Shown here: positions 1 through 17,192 of the stretch, one piece after another | Layout: each line of letters starts with the position of its first letter | Numbering within the stretch: position 1 is the first letter of the stretch | From: the human T2T-CHM13v2.0 reference genome, Homo sapiens | DNA: 64,000 bases | Assembly (NCBI RefSeq): GCF_009914755.1 | Contig: NC_060939.1 | Strand: one strand, 5' to 3' | Notes under the pieces: model-generated | Told to the model about the DNA's origin: nothing | Database searches by the model: none | Seen by the model: only the letters and a program-made list of their open reading frames with translations | Made by a program: the position numbers and the translations under genes

Positions 1-2378
1 AATAACAATAGCAACAATGTACTTAATTATGTATGCTTATGTATATATTTTGTGCATATAAATATATATACATGCTTATGTATGCTGAATATATATGATG
101 ACTACAATGATATAAAGGACAGGAGGGAGAAATTAGGATCATTTTATTACGAGAAAATATCTTCACATTACCTTTGAAGTGGTATAATGTTATTTGAAAG
201 TGGACTTGGATTAGTTATAAATCTGTATTGCAAAATCTAGGGCAATCACTAAAAAAAGTAAAAACAGAAGTATAATTGATATGTTAAGAAAGGAGAGAAG
301 GCCAGGCACAGTGGCTGTAATCCCAGTACTATGGACGGTCGAGGTGGGTCAATTGATGGAGGTCAGGAGTTAGACCAGCCTGGCCAACATGAAACCAGCC
401 TAGCCAACATGGTGAAACCCTGTCTCTACTAAAAACACAAAAATTAGATGGGCACAGTGGCACGCATCTGTAGTCTCAACTACTTGGGAGGCTGAGGTGG
501 GAGGATCACTTGAGCCCAGGAGGAGAGGTTGCAGTGAGCCGAGACTGCGTCACTGGCACTCCAGCCTGGGCGACAGAGTGAGACTCTATCTAAAAACAAA
601 AACTACAAAAGACAGAAAAAGAATGGAAGACAAAAATAATAATACTAAAAAAAAAAAAAAAACCAACAACAGGCTGGGCACAGTCGTGCACACCCTTGTA
701 ATCCCAGCACTTTGTGAGGCTGAGGCAGGAGGATCACCTGAGGCCAGGAGTTGGGGGCCGGTCTGGGCAACATAGCGAGACTCTGTATCCATCAACTTTT
801 TAAAACTTAGCTAGGCATGGCAGCACAGACCTGTAGTCCCAGTTACTCAGGAAGCCAAAGCAAGAGGATCACTTGAGCCCAGGAGTTCAAAGCTGCAGTT
901 AGCTATGATCACACCGCTGTACTCTAGCCTGGGTGACAGAGTGAGACTCCATTTCAAAAAAGAAAAGAAAAGAAACAAAGAACAAGACAACAGATAGAAA
1001 ACAATTAACAAAAATGGTAGATATTAATCTACCTATACAAACAATCACTTCAAACATCAATGGTCTAAATGTACCAAATAAAAGAGACTGGACAGACTAA
1101 ATCAAAAAACAAAACCCAATTGTATGTTGTCTACAACAAACTCACTTTAAGTATGTAAATACAAATAAAGTAAATGGATGTAAATTATATACCATACTAA
1201 TACTCAAAAGAAAGTAAATATTGCTATATTAATTTGACAGAGCAGGCTGTATGTCAAGAAAAATGAACAAGTATAAAGAAGGGCATCATAGCCAAGCACA
1301 GTAGCTTGCACCTGTAACCCCAGCTATTCGGGAGGCTGAGGCAGGAGGATCACTGAAGTCAGGGGTTCAGGACCAGCCTGAACAACCTAGTGAGTACATC
1401 TCCAAGAAAATTAATAATAATAGTAATAATAATAAAAGAAGAGTATTACATAATGATAAAGGGGTCAATTCTCTAAGAGGCCATATACTATGTGTCTCAT
1501 AATATCTAGAAACATGCATGCATCTAACAACAGAGCTTCAAACTACATGAGGTAAAAAACAATAGAACTGTAAGGAGAAAGATGAATGCACTATTATAGC
1601 TGGAGACTTCAAAACTCTTCTATCAGAAATGAACAGACCCAGCAGCCGGAAAATCAGTAAAGACACAGCTGAACTAAACAATATCATCAATTAACTAGAT
1701 ATAACTGACATCTATAGACTACTTAAACCAATGACAGCAGAATACACATTCTCATGCTCACACAGAATATTCACCAAGACAGATCACATTCTGAGTGCTA
1801 TAAAACATACCCTAACAAACTTAAAAAAATAGAAATCATACAATGTCTGCTCTCAGAACACAGTGGAATTAAACTAGAGATCATATTAGAAAGACAACTG
1901 GAAAAATTCTGAAATACATGGAGATTAATACAATGCACTTCTAAATAACACAGGAGTCAAAGAACTATCATAAGAAGTTTTAAACTATTTCACACTAAAT
2001 AAAAACATAACATCAAAATTTCTGGGATGCACTGAAAAAGGTGCTTGAAGGGGAATTTATAGCACTGAGTGCATGTATTAGAAAAGAAAGATCTAGGCCG
2101 GGCGCAGTGGCTCACGCCTGTAATCCCAGCACTTTGAGAGGCCGAGGCGGGCGGATCACGAGGTCAGGAGATCGAGACCATCCTGGCTAACACGGTGAAA
2201 CCCCGTCTCTACTAAAAATACAAAAAATTAGCCGGGCATGGTGGCAGGCGCCTGTAGTCCCAGCTACTAGGGAGGCTGAGGCAAGAGAATGGCGTGAACC
2301 TGGGAGGCGGAGCTTGCAGTGAGCCGAGACATCGCACCACTGCACTCCAGCCTGGGTGACAGAGGGAGACTCCGTCTC

Positions 2379-2412
<34 letters not shown>

Positions 2413-3665
2413 GATCTAAAATCAATAACCAAAGTTTTTACTTTAGGAAACTAGAAAACAGAAAGCAAATTAAAGCAGAAGAGAAGAAATAATAAAAATT
2501 AGAGCAGAAATCAATCAAATTAAACATAGAAAATCAATAGAGAAAATTCAAAATATTTGCAAAAGACCTATATGATAAAAGACTGATATCCAAATATTTG
2601 AAGAATTCTAAAAACTCAACAGTAAGAAAACAAATAACCTGATTTTAAAATGGGCCAAAAACTTCTGACACCCCACCAAAGAAGATATACAGATGGCAAA
2701 TAAGCACATGAAAAAGCGCTCCATATCACACATCACTAGATAAATGCAAATTAATGACAATGAGATGTCACTACACACCTATCTGATGGCCAAAATCCAG
2801 AACACTGACAATACCAAATGCTGGTGAGGATGTGGAACAACAGGAACTCTCATTCATGAGCTGATGAGAACGCAAAATGATACAGCCACTTTGGAAGAAA
2901 ATTTGGCAGTTACTTACAAAACTAAACATACTCTTATTATCAAATCCAGCAATAATGCTCTTTGGTATTTACCCAAACAAGTAGAAAACTTATATCCACA
3001 CAAAAATCTGCACAGCAACCAAGATATCCCTCAGTAGGTGAATGGATAAATGAACTGTGGTACCTCTAGACAATGGAATATTATTAAATGTTAAAAAGAA
3101 ATGACCTATCAAGCCATGAAAAGATGTGGAGGAAACTTAAGTGCATATTACTAAGTGAAAGAAGCCAATAGTGTATGATTCTAAATATATGACACCTGGA
3201 GAAGGTAAAATTAAAGAGAAAGTAAAAAGATTAGTCATTACCAGAGTTTAGGAGGCAGGGAAACAGTGCACAGAGGATTTTTAGGGCAGTAAAAATAGAG
3301 AGAGATGGTTCCTGACATACGATGGTTCAACTTACAATTTTTCAACTTAAATGGGTTTATCAGGACATAACCCCATCATAAGTTGAGGAGCACCTATATA
3401 CACATAATGGTGGATATATGTCATTACACATTCGTCCAGGCCCACAGAATGTTCAATAAGAGTGAACCCTATTGTAAACTATGGGATCTGGGTGATAATG
3501 ATGTATCAATGTAGGTTCATCAATTGTAACAAATGTACAGCTGTGGGGATGATGATACTGAGGGAGTACATGCATGTGTGAGGGCAGGCAATATATAGGA
3601 TACCTCTATACTTTCCTCTCAATTTTGCTGTGAACCTAAAACTGCTCTTTTTAAAAAAGTCTTTT
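1..3665 (+). mobile_element. Fragmented L1MC-like LINE-1 (ORF2 endonuclease region, internal deletion near 2545, 3'UTR), interrupted by Alus and a Tigger-like MITE (~3300-3400)
   Basis: L1 endonuclease-region and 3'UTR motifs (GATAAAGGGGTCAATT, CACCAAGACAGATCACATTCT, TGCTGTGAACCTAAAACTGCTC). Confidence 0.8.
2096..2402 (+). mobile_element. AluY with 16-bp TSD
   Basis: AluY diagnostics. TSD AGAAAAGAAAGATCTA at 2080-2095 and 2403-2418. Confidence 0.92.
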
Positions 3666-3998
3666 AAAAATTAGGGAAAAAAGTAAATTTAATATTTGCC
3701 TGTCTCAGGCTGGGTGTGGTGGTTCACACCTTTAATCCCAACATTCTGGGAGGCCGAGGCAAGAGGACTGCTTGAGCCCAGGAATTTGAGACCAGCCTGG
3801 GCAACAAAGCCAGACTCTACATCTCTACAAAAAAAAAAAAAAAAATTAGCTGAGTGTGGTGGCACACACCTGTGGTCCCAGCTACTCTGGAGGCTGAGGC
3901 CAGAGGACTGGTTGAGCCACAGGATCGAGGCTGCAGTGAGCTGTGTTTGGGCCACTGCACTACAGCCTGGACGACAGAGTGAGACCTTGTCTCAAAAA

Positions 3999-4033
<35 letters not shown>

Positions 4034-5107
4034 AAGATGTGCCTGTCTTACTTCAGGATTCTACATGTGTACCAAATTCTATTAAGACTAGAATGGAAAT
4101 CTAACTTTTTCAGAAGTACTGATGGTTCCTGAGGAACCATCATTTTACTGTAGAAATTACTAGTGATCAGATTTGAAATCAAAGGAGAGAAGTGTTTTTT
4201 CTCTTACAATGGCACTGCAAATCTATACTTTTTTATTTGAGACAGGGTCTGGCTCCATTGCCCAAGCTAGAGTACAATGGCGCCTTCTTGGCTCACTGCA
4301 ACCTCCGCCTTCTGGGCTCAAGCGATTCTCATACCTCAGCCTCCAGGGTAGCTGAGATGACAGGCGCACGCCACCACGCTTGGCTAAATTTTGAATTTTT
4401 TAGTAGAGATGGGGTTTTACCATGTCGCCCAGACTGGTCTCAAATTCCCGACCTCAGGCGATCCACCCACCTTGGCCTCCCGAAGTGCTGGGATTACAGG
4501 CATGAGCCACCACGCCTGGCCTAAACTATACTTATTAAAAAGAAAAAAAAAAAAACCTGGTGTGTTGAGATACAGCATAAGAGATCATGAAAACTGAGAA
4601 AAAAACAACAAAATAATTTTGTAATAAAAAAAGAAAATGGAGAAGTGAAGATATGTAGATATCATTACAAAACATTCATTTAAAGTTGAGGAAAAAGGAA
4701 TCTAACAGATTAGAATGGCAATGACCACCTTTGCAGTTTCAAAGCAAATAAACTGAAAAACAAAGGATGAAGATAGTAGAGCTGCAAATGGAGAGGGCGA
4801 AGAGACACACATAAATGTTTATTCAGAGATGTATCTCTGAAAAATGCTGTGAATCAAAGGATAGGCCTAATAAATTTTAGGGCTATACTTATTAGGAATA
4901 CTTTAGAGAATAATAATAATAAGGTATAGAAGTACTATCTAATAGGCTTATAAATAGATAATTTAGTTTATAAGTAGCTAAAACATTCAAATACATTTGT
5001 AAAAACCAAGTAAAATTCAAGAGTCTTGGCCAGGTGTAGTGGCTCACACCTGTAATCCCAACACTTTGGAAAGCCAGGACAGGAGGACAGTCTGAAGTCT
5101 GGAGTTA

Positions 5108-5302
<195 letters not shown>

Positions 5303-5732
5303 TCACAAAAAAAAAATAATAATAATAATAAAATTCGAGAGTCTAGCTTGATTCATTAGAGAATTGCAGGTTACATCCAGAATATTTCTGAAAACTTTGA
5401 AAAGAGAGTAATCTGACACAGCAGCATGGGGGAAGGTCACTCAGAAAATATGGGGTGAAATGCTAAGGGCTTCACACTTTAGGGTCAAAGAGAAAGGAAA
5501 ATACTAGTAATGAGAGTTTTGCCTGAACTGAGAAAATCTAGGGTTGTTAAGTACAGAAAAGACTACGAGAAAGAAAATTGAGAACTGAGGGAATGTGAGA
5601 ACAGACAATATCTGAATTTTGAGAAGAGGAATTGGTCTATTAAAAGGAACAAAATTAGGGGTGGGCTAATTCATCATAAAATATCTTTTCATCTTGTTAA
5701 AAAAAAAAATCGCAGCCAGGTGCAGTGGCTCA

Positions 5733-6043
<311 letters not shown>

Positions 6044-7696
6044 TTAAAAATCAACAAATCCTATAAAGGGTTAGCATCTGGTTAAATACCTTTTCCTTAC
6101 ATTCAGCCTTTTCATTGGGATCATTCAGTAAGAAGTCATTAGGCCAACATGACAGCAAGAGCAGCTCCATAAAAATGTTATCAGAACGGTCCAGATTACA
6201 AAGCACCCCCAACAAAATGAAGCTGTGAGGAATAAGTATGCAGAAGGCATAAGTTAGGAAGCCAAGAGAAGAGAGTCAAGGACTACCTCACTGAAATAGG
6301 GACCAGAAGATTAAAAATCAATTTATTTTTGGAAAATGAAGGGTTCTTAAGAATGGGATGTCATGTGGTTATAAGCAGATAGGAAAAATATATTAGTTAA
6401 TAACGTGAAAAATAAAATACAAGAAAAGGAGACAGCTAGCATCCAAGGGTCTCTAACTCATTCATAAAAGGTACTAAACTGATCTTCAAGTTTTATCAAA
6501 TAGAATCCTGAGTAAACCATACACAAAATAAGCAGGAGAACCTCCTGAAGGGGTGGCAAAGCTGTATCCTGCCTCACCTGGAAGCATCTCCTTGGAGCCA
6601 AGTAGGAGAAAGGTGAAGTGGCACTATCCACACCAAGCTGATGCTGACATACCCTTCATGGGCTTGGCTGATAGTAAAACAGGTATCCTGGGATCTGTGC
6701 AACCCAGGAAGATGTAGCTCTGGCTGTACCTGTTTGTAGCCTCTACACCACTGAGTTGAGAACAACAACTCAAGAGAAATGTGGAGAAAATAGAAAAGGT
6801 CAGAAAAAGAAAGAGCCATCCTTTTACCTATTCTTTCTTCTCCAATTATTTATTTTTCCAGTATTGACAATAGGTGTTAATCTATCCACTGTTTTCCTGA
6901 TTTACCATGTTGTGGAGATGCTAAGTTTGAGCTAAAAATTACTATAAAAACAGATCTATAATTTTACTGGCATCATTCTCTAATCAAATGAGCCAACTGG
7001 TAGAGAAACTTGGATACGCTTGGGGCAAAGGAAAATGATCATCCCTATTTAATTTTGTTTCAGATCAAACATTTAAACATCAGTAATATCAGAGAGTATG
7101 TCATTAAGCTGAGAATACAAAGGTGAACACAAACTAGCAATATATTCAGGGTTTTATACCACTGGATTCATGTCAGAAAAAAAATTATTCATTCTTGTAA
7201 TAAAAACAAATAGGGCCCAAGTAGTAAAACGGACTTCAAAAATGACGACAGGGCCAGAAACAGTTATTCTCTGAAACTGAAGCTAATATGAATCAACATA
7301 TAATCAACAGTATTATTTTTAATCCATCCTGCAGTGTGATTTGAAGGCAGCTTCCTTACTGTGATTAAAACATATTTAACATCCAAAGACTTGAGTAGAG
7401 ACAACTCAGAGGTATCTGTTATTGGTAGTTTAAAAAAGAAAGGCAAATAGCAGACTTATGACAATACTTTCCGAAGCAGTAAAAATTCTGCTAATTCACA
7501 CTCTCTTATCCTTACTCCATGAAAAAGAACTCCCAAAGCCCAATTATTCTAAGTAATTACATACTTCTACTACTACTAACTCATTATAAAATTTCCAAGA
7601 GAAAAATGCTCAGCGTATTTATACCCGGCTGACACCAGTACATTCAATTAGTACTTAAAGAATGTAATTAAGGTTCAGGAAGATACAAATAAATTA

Positions 7697-7924
<228 letters not shown>

Positions 7925-8288
7925 TTACTAGAAGATTCTAACTTGAAAGCAATTGATCTCTTATATTTAGAAAATGTATAATTTTATAATCTGTTTTTTG
8001 ATAAAATATTTAAATATTGTTAAATTAACTATGTATATGCCAAGAAGAAAACATATGCCTGAAAATAACATCAAAACCTTTCCCCACAGGTTTATCCACA
8101 ACAAAGTAATGAAATTATTTCACTCACAAACAATTTTAAAATTTGGTCAACAGCCAGCATCAGAAATGTCACCAACAATACAGTATTTGAAAGAATCACT
8201 TCCCACAAATGCCAGTCTACAACCAGATTTGTTGTTTTAATTTTAAGGAAGACTTTTTAAACTTTTTAAACTATGAAATCCTGGCTGA

Positions 8289-8384
<96 letters not shown>

Positions 8385-8404
8385 TGAAACCCCCATCTCT
8401 ACTA

Positions 8405-8620
<216 letters not shown>

Positions 8621-9476
8621 TTACCATTCTCTCTGAGGTACCTAACAGGGTCCACAGAGCAGGCAGAGAACTCTAGTACCAAACTATCCCAGAATTCACT
8701 ATACATCTATTTATTCAAATAAGAGTAAAAAAAAATCAATTTAAGCAAGTTCAACAAGCACTATTCTCTCTGATAAAATAAATATGTTAGCTTAACTGGG
8801 GAATATCAGGATGCTGGTGTGAGTATCATAAGCAAGTTCTGAAGAGTCAGTGGCAAGTGCACCTGTAGTGTCTGAAAGCTGGGTTGTGGGGGTAGATACT
8901 TCAAGCTAGATACAGCAATTTTTTTCCATTTCCTGAAACTAGGTTGTCTCCTTATCACATTATCCAACATCCAGGATGTGATATAATGTAGGAAGTCATC
9001 ATAGGCACAGGGTCCTAAATCATAACCAGCTCAAGACACCCCAGCTCCATGTTCTACCTCTTTCTCCACTTGATCTTCACTGATTACTATATCTAGGTTA
9101 ATTTCTTTATCTTCTGAATTTCTACAGTAATTATTTATTTAATCATTCAATTAATCACTTTACCAGGCCATACCTCAGATAGCACTTGTATTATTGCCTT
9201 GTATTTTTTAAATTAAAGACCTGTCCATGAAATAACTTGTTTTCAAACTGTCATGTTGCTTAACTTTCCATTGTCAATGTCCTATCCTGCTACAGAGAAA
9301 CTAAGCCTTTTCAAAGAGATGGCCATTTGTTCTATTCTATTTCCTTGTGTCCCCCATAGCATTTGGCAAAGTGCTAACTTATAAATATAATCCTATATTT
9401 ATTACTTTGCACATGTGAGCCATAATCCTTCTTTATTTTTTTATTTTTTTTATTTTTTTATTTTTTGAGTTGGTAG

Positions 9477-9686
<210 letters not shown>

Positions 9687-9857
9687 TGATCCACCCACCT
9701 CTGCCTCCCAAAGTGCTGGGATTCCAGGCGTGAGCCACCACACCCGGCCGATCCTGCTTTATTTTCATTTGGTGATGGGAAAGGAATACTACTTGAAACT
9801 ACAGGATGAGTTCAAGATTTTTTTAAAGTTCCAGAAGTGGCCGGGCGCGGTGGCTCA

Positions 9858-10175
<318 letters not shown>

Positions 10176-10487
10176 CTAGTGTAGGTTTAAAAACTCATAA
10201 ACAGTACCAAACAGATTCCTTTCTAACTAAGGACTGGTAGAGGTAGCTTCACGTTTTACCTCACAAAAAACCTTACCAAATGACAGAATAAAACATCTAG
10301 GCTGAAGTAAATGTTCTTGCTTCTTAGTCTATTTCTATTCCTATAATGCCATTTAAACATTAATACAGCATTTTTTAATTGGCCTGACAAAGCCCTAAGA
10401 AATTATCAAGGTTTATGAGGCAAAGAGACAGAGGCAGTTTAGTATGATTGGGGTACACAGATTACAAGAAGAATAGAGGTAAGGTCT

Positions 10488-11360
<873 letters not shown>

Positions 11361-11899
11361 CATCCATAACAGTGAGCTTGTCATTTTTTTTTTAACTAAA
11401 AATGCCACTATGCCCTCCCAAATTTTGGAGATAAGTTGCTCAGATATATTAGTTCTAATTACCAGGACAAGGGAACCATGCCAATCAAGAGTTTCACTTG
11501 TCACCTTTTGATATGTCCACTGGAGAACAAACCAGCCTTAACACAGTGCTTACTATAATCCTCTCACCAAAGCAACACTCATGTCTGACTTACATAAAAG
11601 ATTAGCAACTGCTGAATCTCCCTGCACTAGTCCATGATAATGACATAGTTTCCTTATATTTGGTCAAGTAAATTTTCAAAGCCTACTGACTTACCTAATC
11701 AGTAAAACACATTGTACCATACAAATAAAAAATAAAAATTCTATTTCTAAAGGGTCTTCTTTTTCCAATCTGTTCATAGATTAAGGAAACCATTAAAATA
11801 GCTTTGTGAAACCTACTAATGGAAAAAAACTTTGGTGGACTGTGTAGCAATAAAAAAATATTTAAATATATCCCAAACAAAAATAGTTCCTTTAAGAAA

Positions 11900-13165
11900 C
11901 AAGCAGTATTAGAGAGATGGCAGATTCCAGGTCTAGGAAAAGAAAGCCATTGAAAGACGATTAGGATCCTGTCAAAAGAACTCAGAAGACAATGTGAAGT
12001 GTGTCCCCTTAGTCAAATAAGACAATTTAAACATTTATAAGGATAACTACCATTCACCGAAACACATCAAATTTGATTAAATCCATGAATTCTTAATTAC
12101 ACTAAAAAACAAATCTAATTGATCACTTTTGGAGAATGGCAAGAAACCAATTCATTGTTTTGAAAACTGGTAAATTAAAAAAGAGAAGCAAGTATTTATC
12201 TTGTTTTCCTAATCAAATTGTACCTCAAGATAATCAAATAATTGATGATAAAAAACTTGTCCTTATAGATACATTTCAACTAATAAATGAATTATGGAAT
12301 ATCACCAATCTGCAATCCCTAACTAACAGACCTAGGTAATGATCATCAATAGTGTTAACACCACAAAAAAGATAGACAGACGGACAATAAGATATTATAT
12401 GCCTCCTAGTGAAGGCTCACAATAACATTTATGAAAAAAAGATGTCCCCATCTCAAAACAAATCTAAAGTCAGATCTAATCAAGCCTGTAGATACAACTA
12501 CCAATTTACATGAAATACACAAGACAGAGAAATGTGTTAACCCCAAATGGAAGCAAATAGCAAAATCCAAACCATGGGAAAGTCTACAGACAAATCACCT
12601 AATTTCTTCAGTAAATAAATTGTAAGGAAAAAAAAAGAGCAATAAAGAGGAAGGAACCTAGAAATGAAAAGTAATGGCAACTAATTACAATATCCAGGTT
12701 TTATTTGGATCTTGATTCAGGCTATTCAAAATACTTTACAATCAGGAGAATGTGAAAACTAAAACTGTATTTGGTAATATTAAGAAATGATTACTTTTTT
12801 TTAGTACTACTACAGTATTTTATAACAGTAGAAAGTAGCTGAAAAATACTACATGCTAACAGACAAAATGATACACAATCTTGGGGGAGGAGTCAGCAGG
12901 GAAGAAATGATTATTTTTAAGGTATGATAATGGTATTATGATTATGTTTTTAAAAGTAAGTCCTTATTTTTTAGAGATACATACTGAAGTATACACAGAA
13001 GAAATGCTAAGGTTAAATATCGCTTCAAAATATTCTGGGAGAGAGATGAAACAAAATTAATCATACATTGATGACTATTTAACTTGAGTCATGAGAACAT
13101 GGAGGTTCATTATATAAGTCTATTTTTTATGTATACTTACAATTTTCCTTAATAAAAAAAAAAAA
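11900..13165 (+). mobile_element. Ancient L1M (MC/ME-type) 3' fragments
   Basis: Degenerate L1 3'UTR motifs ending in AATAAA and a poly-A run near 13150-13166. Confidence 0.55.
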
Positions 13166-13188
13166 AGAGAGAGCAGCTCATTGTACTT

Positions 13189-13416
13189 CCTTTTTTTTTC
13201 CCGGGTTCACGCCATTCTCCTGCCTCAACCTCCTGAGTAGCTGGGACTACAGGCGCCTGCACCACGCCCAGCTAATTTTTTTTGCTTTTTTTTTTTTTAG
13301 TAGAGATGGGGTTTCATCGTGTTAGCCAAGATGGTCTTGATCTCCTGACCTCGTGATCCGCCCGCCTCGGCCTCCCAAAGTGCTGGGATTATAGGCGAGA
13401 GCCACTGCGCCCGGCC
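13189..13416 (-). mobile_element. AluY lacking its 3' ~70 nt, with TSD
   Basis: TSD AGCTCATTGTACTT at 13175-13188 and 13417-13430. Confidence 0.88.
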
Positions 13417-13577
13417 AGCTCATTGTACTTTCAAACACTGTATTTTTTTCATCTGTTCAAAAATTTAGTACTATACGAAGCAAGAGTAAGAATTAGGGTA
13501 TAAACAGAGCTTAATCATAGAAAAATAACTGTAAATAACTGCTTTAGGCATATAAGTAATGTATGTAATATTTCCTA

Positions 13578-13865
<288 letters not shown>

Positions 13866-14607
13866 CTAATCAACACAAATAACATTCCAGCATCAGGAAG
13901 CACTACTAATACTATACACTAATTAGGCTATTTTGTTGGGAAGAAGGGGAAAAAGACCTAGAAATGTTTGATGCGTATTTTTAAAACCACGTATCTTTCT
14001 ATTACAGATGCCCAGTGAAATAGCTAGGCATTACAAAGACACCGTTAAAACACAGATATTATTTATAATAACTGAGATTGTTAGATTATAGGGCAAGCAT
14101 GATGTCAATGGCACTTGAACTAGGTAGACAACTATCCTGAGAACAATATACTGCTGAAAAGACATAGTACCTAATTTACAACTGCTTATAGTTTGTAACT
14201 TAGAGCTTAATATCATTAGAGCTAATAATATTTTAATGTTACAAAATGCACAGGAAATAAATACTAACAAATAAAAGGGTTGTTGACCAAACCTCATTCA
14301 AGGACATTGTAAGAAAAAGAGGATACTAATAAGATGAACAGCATACCTGTAGAAAATGAAGATATAGCAGAAAAATATGGCCTAAAGGAGATGAAAACTG
14401 TAACCAGTCCAGGAATGAGAAAGATACTGATACAGAGTGACTTTCAAGATACATTGTTTAGTGAAAAAGGCAAGACAGTAAAGGGTGCTGTACTTTGTAG
14501 AAAAAGGAGATAAATGTTGAGTATATTTAAGTATCTGCTTTTGTTTTTTAAAAAGAAAGAAAGAAGAAATAAGCCAAAACTTAATGAAAATGATGGATTC
14601 TTTATAG

Positions 14608-14830
14608 CAGGAGTCAGCAAACTTTTTCAATACAGGTCTAGAGAGTAAATATTTCGGTCCCTAGGCCACATACTGTATTCTCTGTCATAGCTACTCAATT
14701 CTGCCACTGCAGCACAAAAGCCATACACAATTATGTAAACGAATGAGTATGGCTGTGCTCCAACAAAATCTTATTTACAAAAAAAAAAAAAAGTGGGCCA
14801 AATTTGGCCTGCAGACTGTTTACCAACCTT
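14608..14830 (+). mobile_element. MER58A-like hAT MITE (a second, inverted copy at ~27380-27560/28185-28205)
   Basis: CAGGAGTCAGCAAACTTTTTC...GCTACTCAATTCTGCCACTGCAGCACAAAAGC...ATGGCTGTGCTCCAACAAAA. Confidence 0.7.
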
Positions 14831-15132
14831 TACTCAATAGCAAAAAAAACAGGCCAGGAGTGGTAGCTCACACCTGTAATCCCAGCATCTTGGGAGGCTA
14901 AGGCAAGAGGGTTGCTTGAGCCCGGGAGTTTGAGACCAGCCTAGCCAACATAGGGAGATCCCGTCTCTACAACAAATTTAAAAATTAGGCAGATGTGGTT
15001 GCATGTACTCGTAATCCCAGCTACTCAGGAGTCTGAGCGGGGAGGATCACATAAGCCTGGAAGGTTGAGGTTGCAGTGAGCTGTGAAGGTGCCACTGCAT
15101 TCCAGCCTGGGTGACAGAAGAAGATCCTGTCT

Positions 15133-15165
<33 letters not shown>

Positions 15166-15717
15166 ACAGGATGGAAGGGATAAGAAAGAAAGCCAGACTT
15201 CTGTGAATGCATCTCGTGGTATAGTTTTGATTTTTGAACCATGTAAATGTTTTACATATGATTAAAAAAAAGTTCTAAACTCCAAATTCCAGAAAGGACC
15301 GTAACAACAAGTAATCATCAGAACTGGTGTTAAACCCATCCTAAGCCCATCAAAGGAAGCTTTGAATGAATGATATCACTTCAGCAAGTCACCAGTCAGC
15401 AACAGCCACAATTCATAACCACATTTACATAATAAAAGGTCAATCAATTCCTAAATACTCCTACTTCACCAATCCCTGAACTCCATAATTCCTCAAATCC
15501 TATTTAAGACCAGCAGTTTCTTTTCTTTTCTTTTTTCTTTTGAAACAAAGTCTTGCTCTGTCACCCAGGTTGGAGTGCAGTGGTGCAATCATAGCTCATT
15601 ATATCCTTGAACTCCTGGGCTCAAGCAATCTTCCCATCTCAGCCTCCCAAGGAGCTGGGACTACAGGCACGCACTACCATACCTGGATAACATTGTTTGT
15701 TTGTTTATTTTTAATAG

Positions 15718-15921
<204 letters not shown>

Positions 15922-16132
15922 TGAATGATGGAATGTTCAAGAGACAAAAATTTTTAAAAAACACTAAAAATAAAGGACAATCTCTAAAAATTCAAAACAA
16001 ACTGAAACCAGTAATCTACTGCAATCTGTTCCCCAAAAACCTATGGAACTAAAAAAATTAAAAAAAAAATAAAATAAACCATTGCATCCATTGCATACTG
16101 AGTTTGTGCCATAGTCACACAGAAAACAATTA

Positions 16133-16527
<395 letters not shown>

Positions 16528-16862
16528 TTACCAAGCACACAAAGAACCAAGAATATCTCAATTTACATACGAAAGCACAATCAATAGATGCAAATGCCAA
16601 GATGACACAGATTTAGGACTTATCAGGAAAAATATTCCAAAAAATAAAGGTGAACACCCTAGAAATGAATAGAAAGATATAAAGTCTCAGTAAAGAAATG
16701 AGACATAAAGAAAGAAATTAAAATTTTAGGCCAGGCGCGGTGGCTCATGCCTGTAATCATAGCACTTTGGGAGGCTGAGGCAGGCAGATCACAAGGTCAG
16801 GAGTTCGAGACCAGCCTGGCCAACATGGTGAAACCCCATCTCTACTAAAAATACAAAAATTA

Positions 16863-17192
<330 letters not shown>

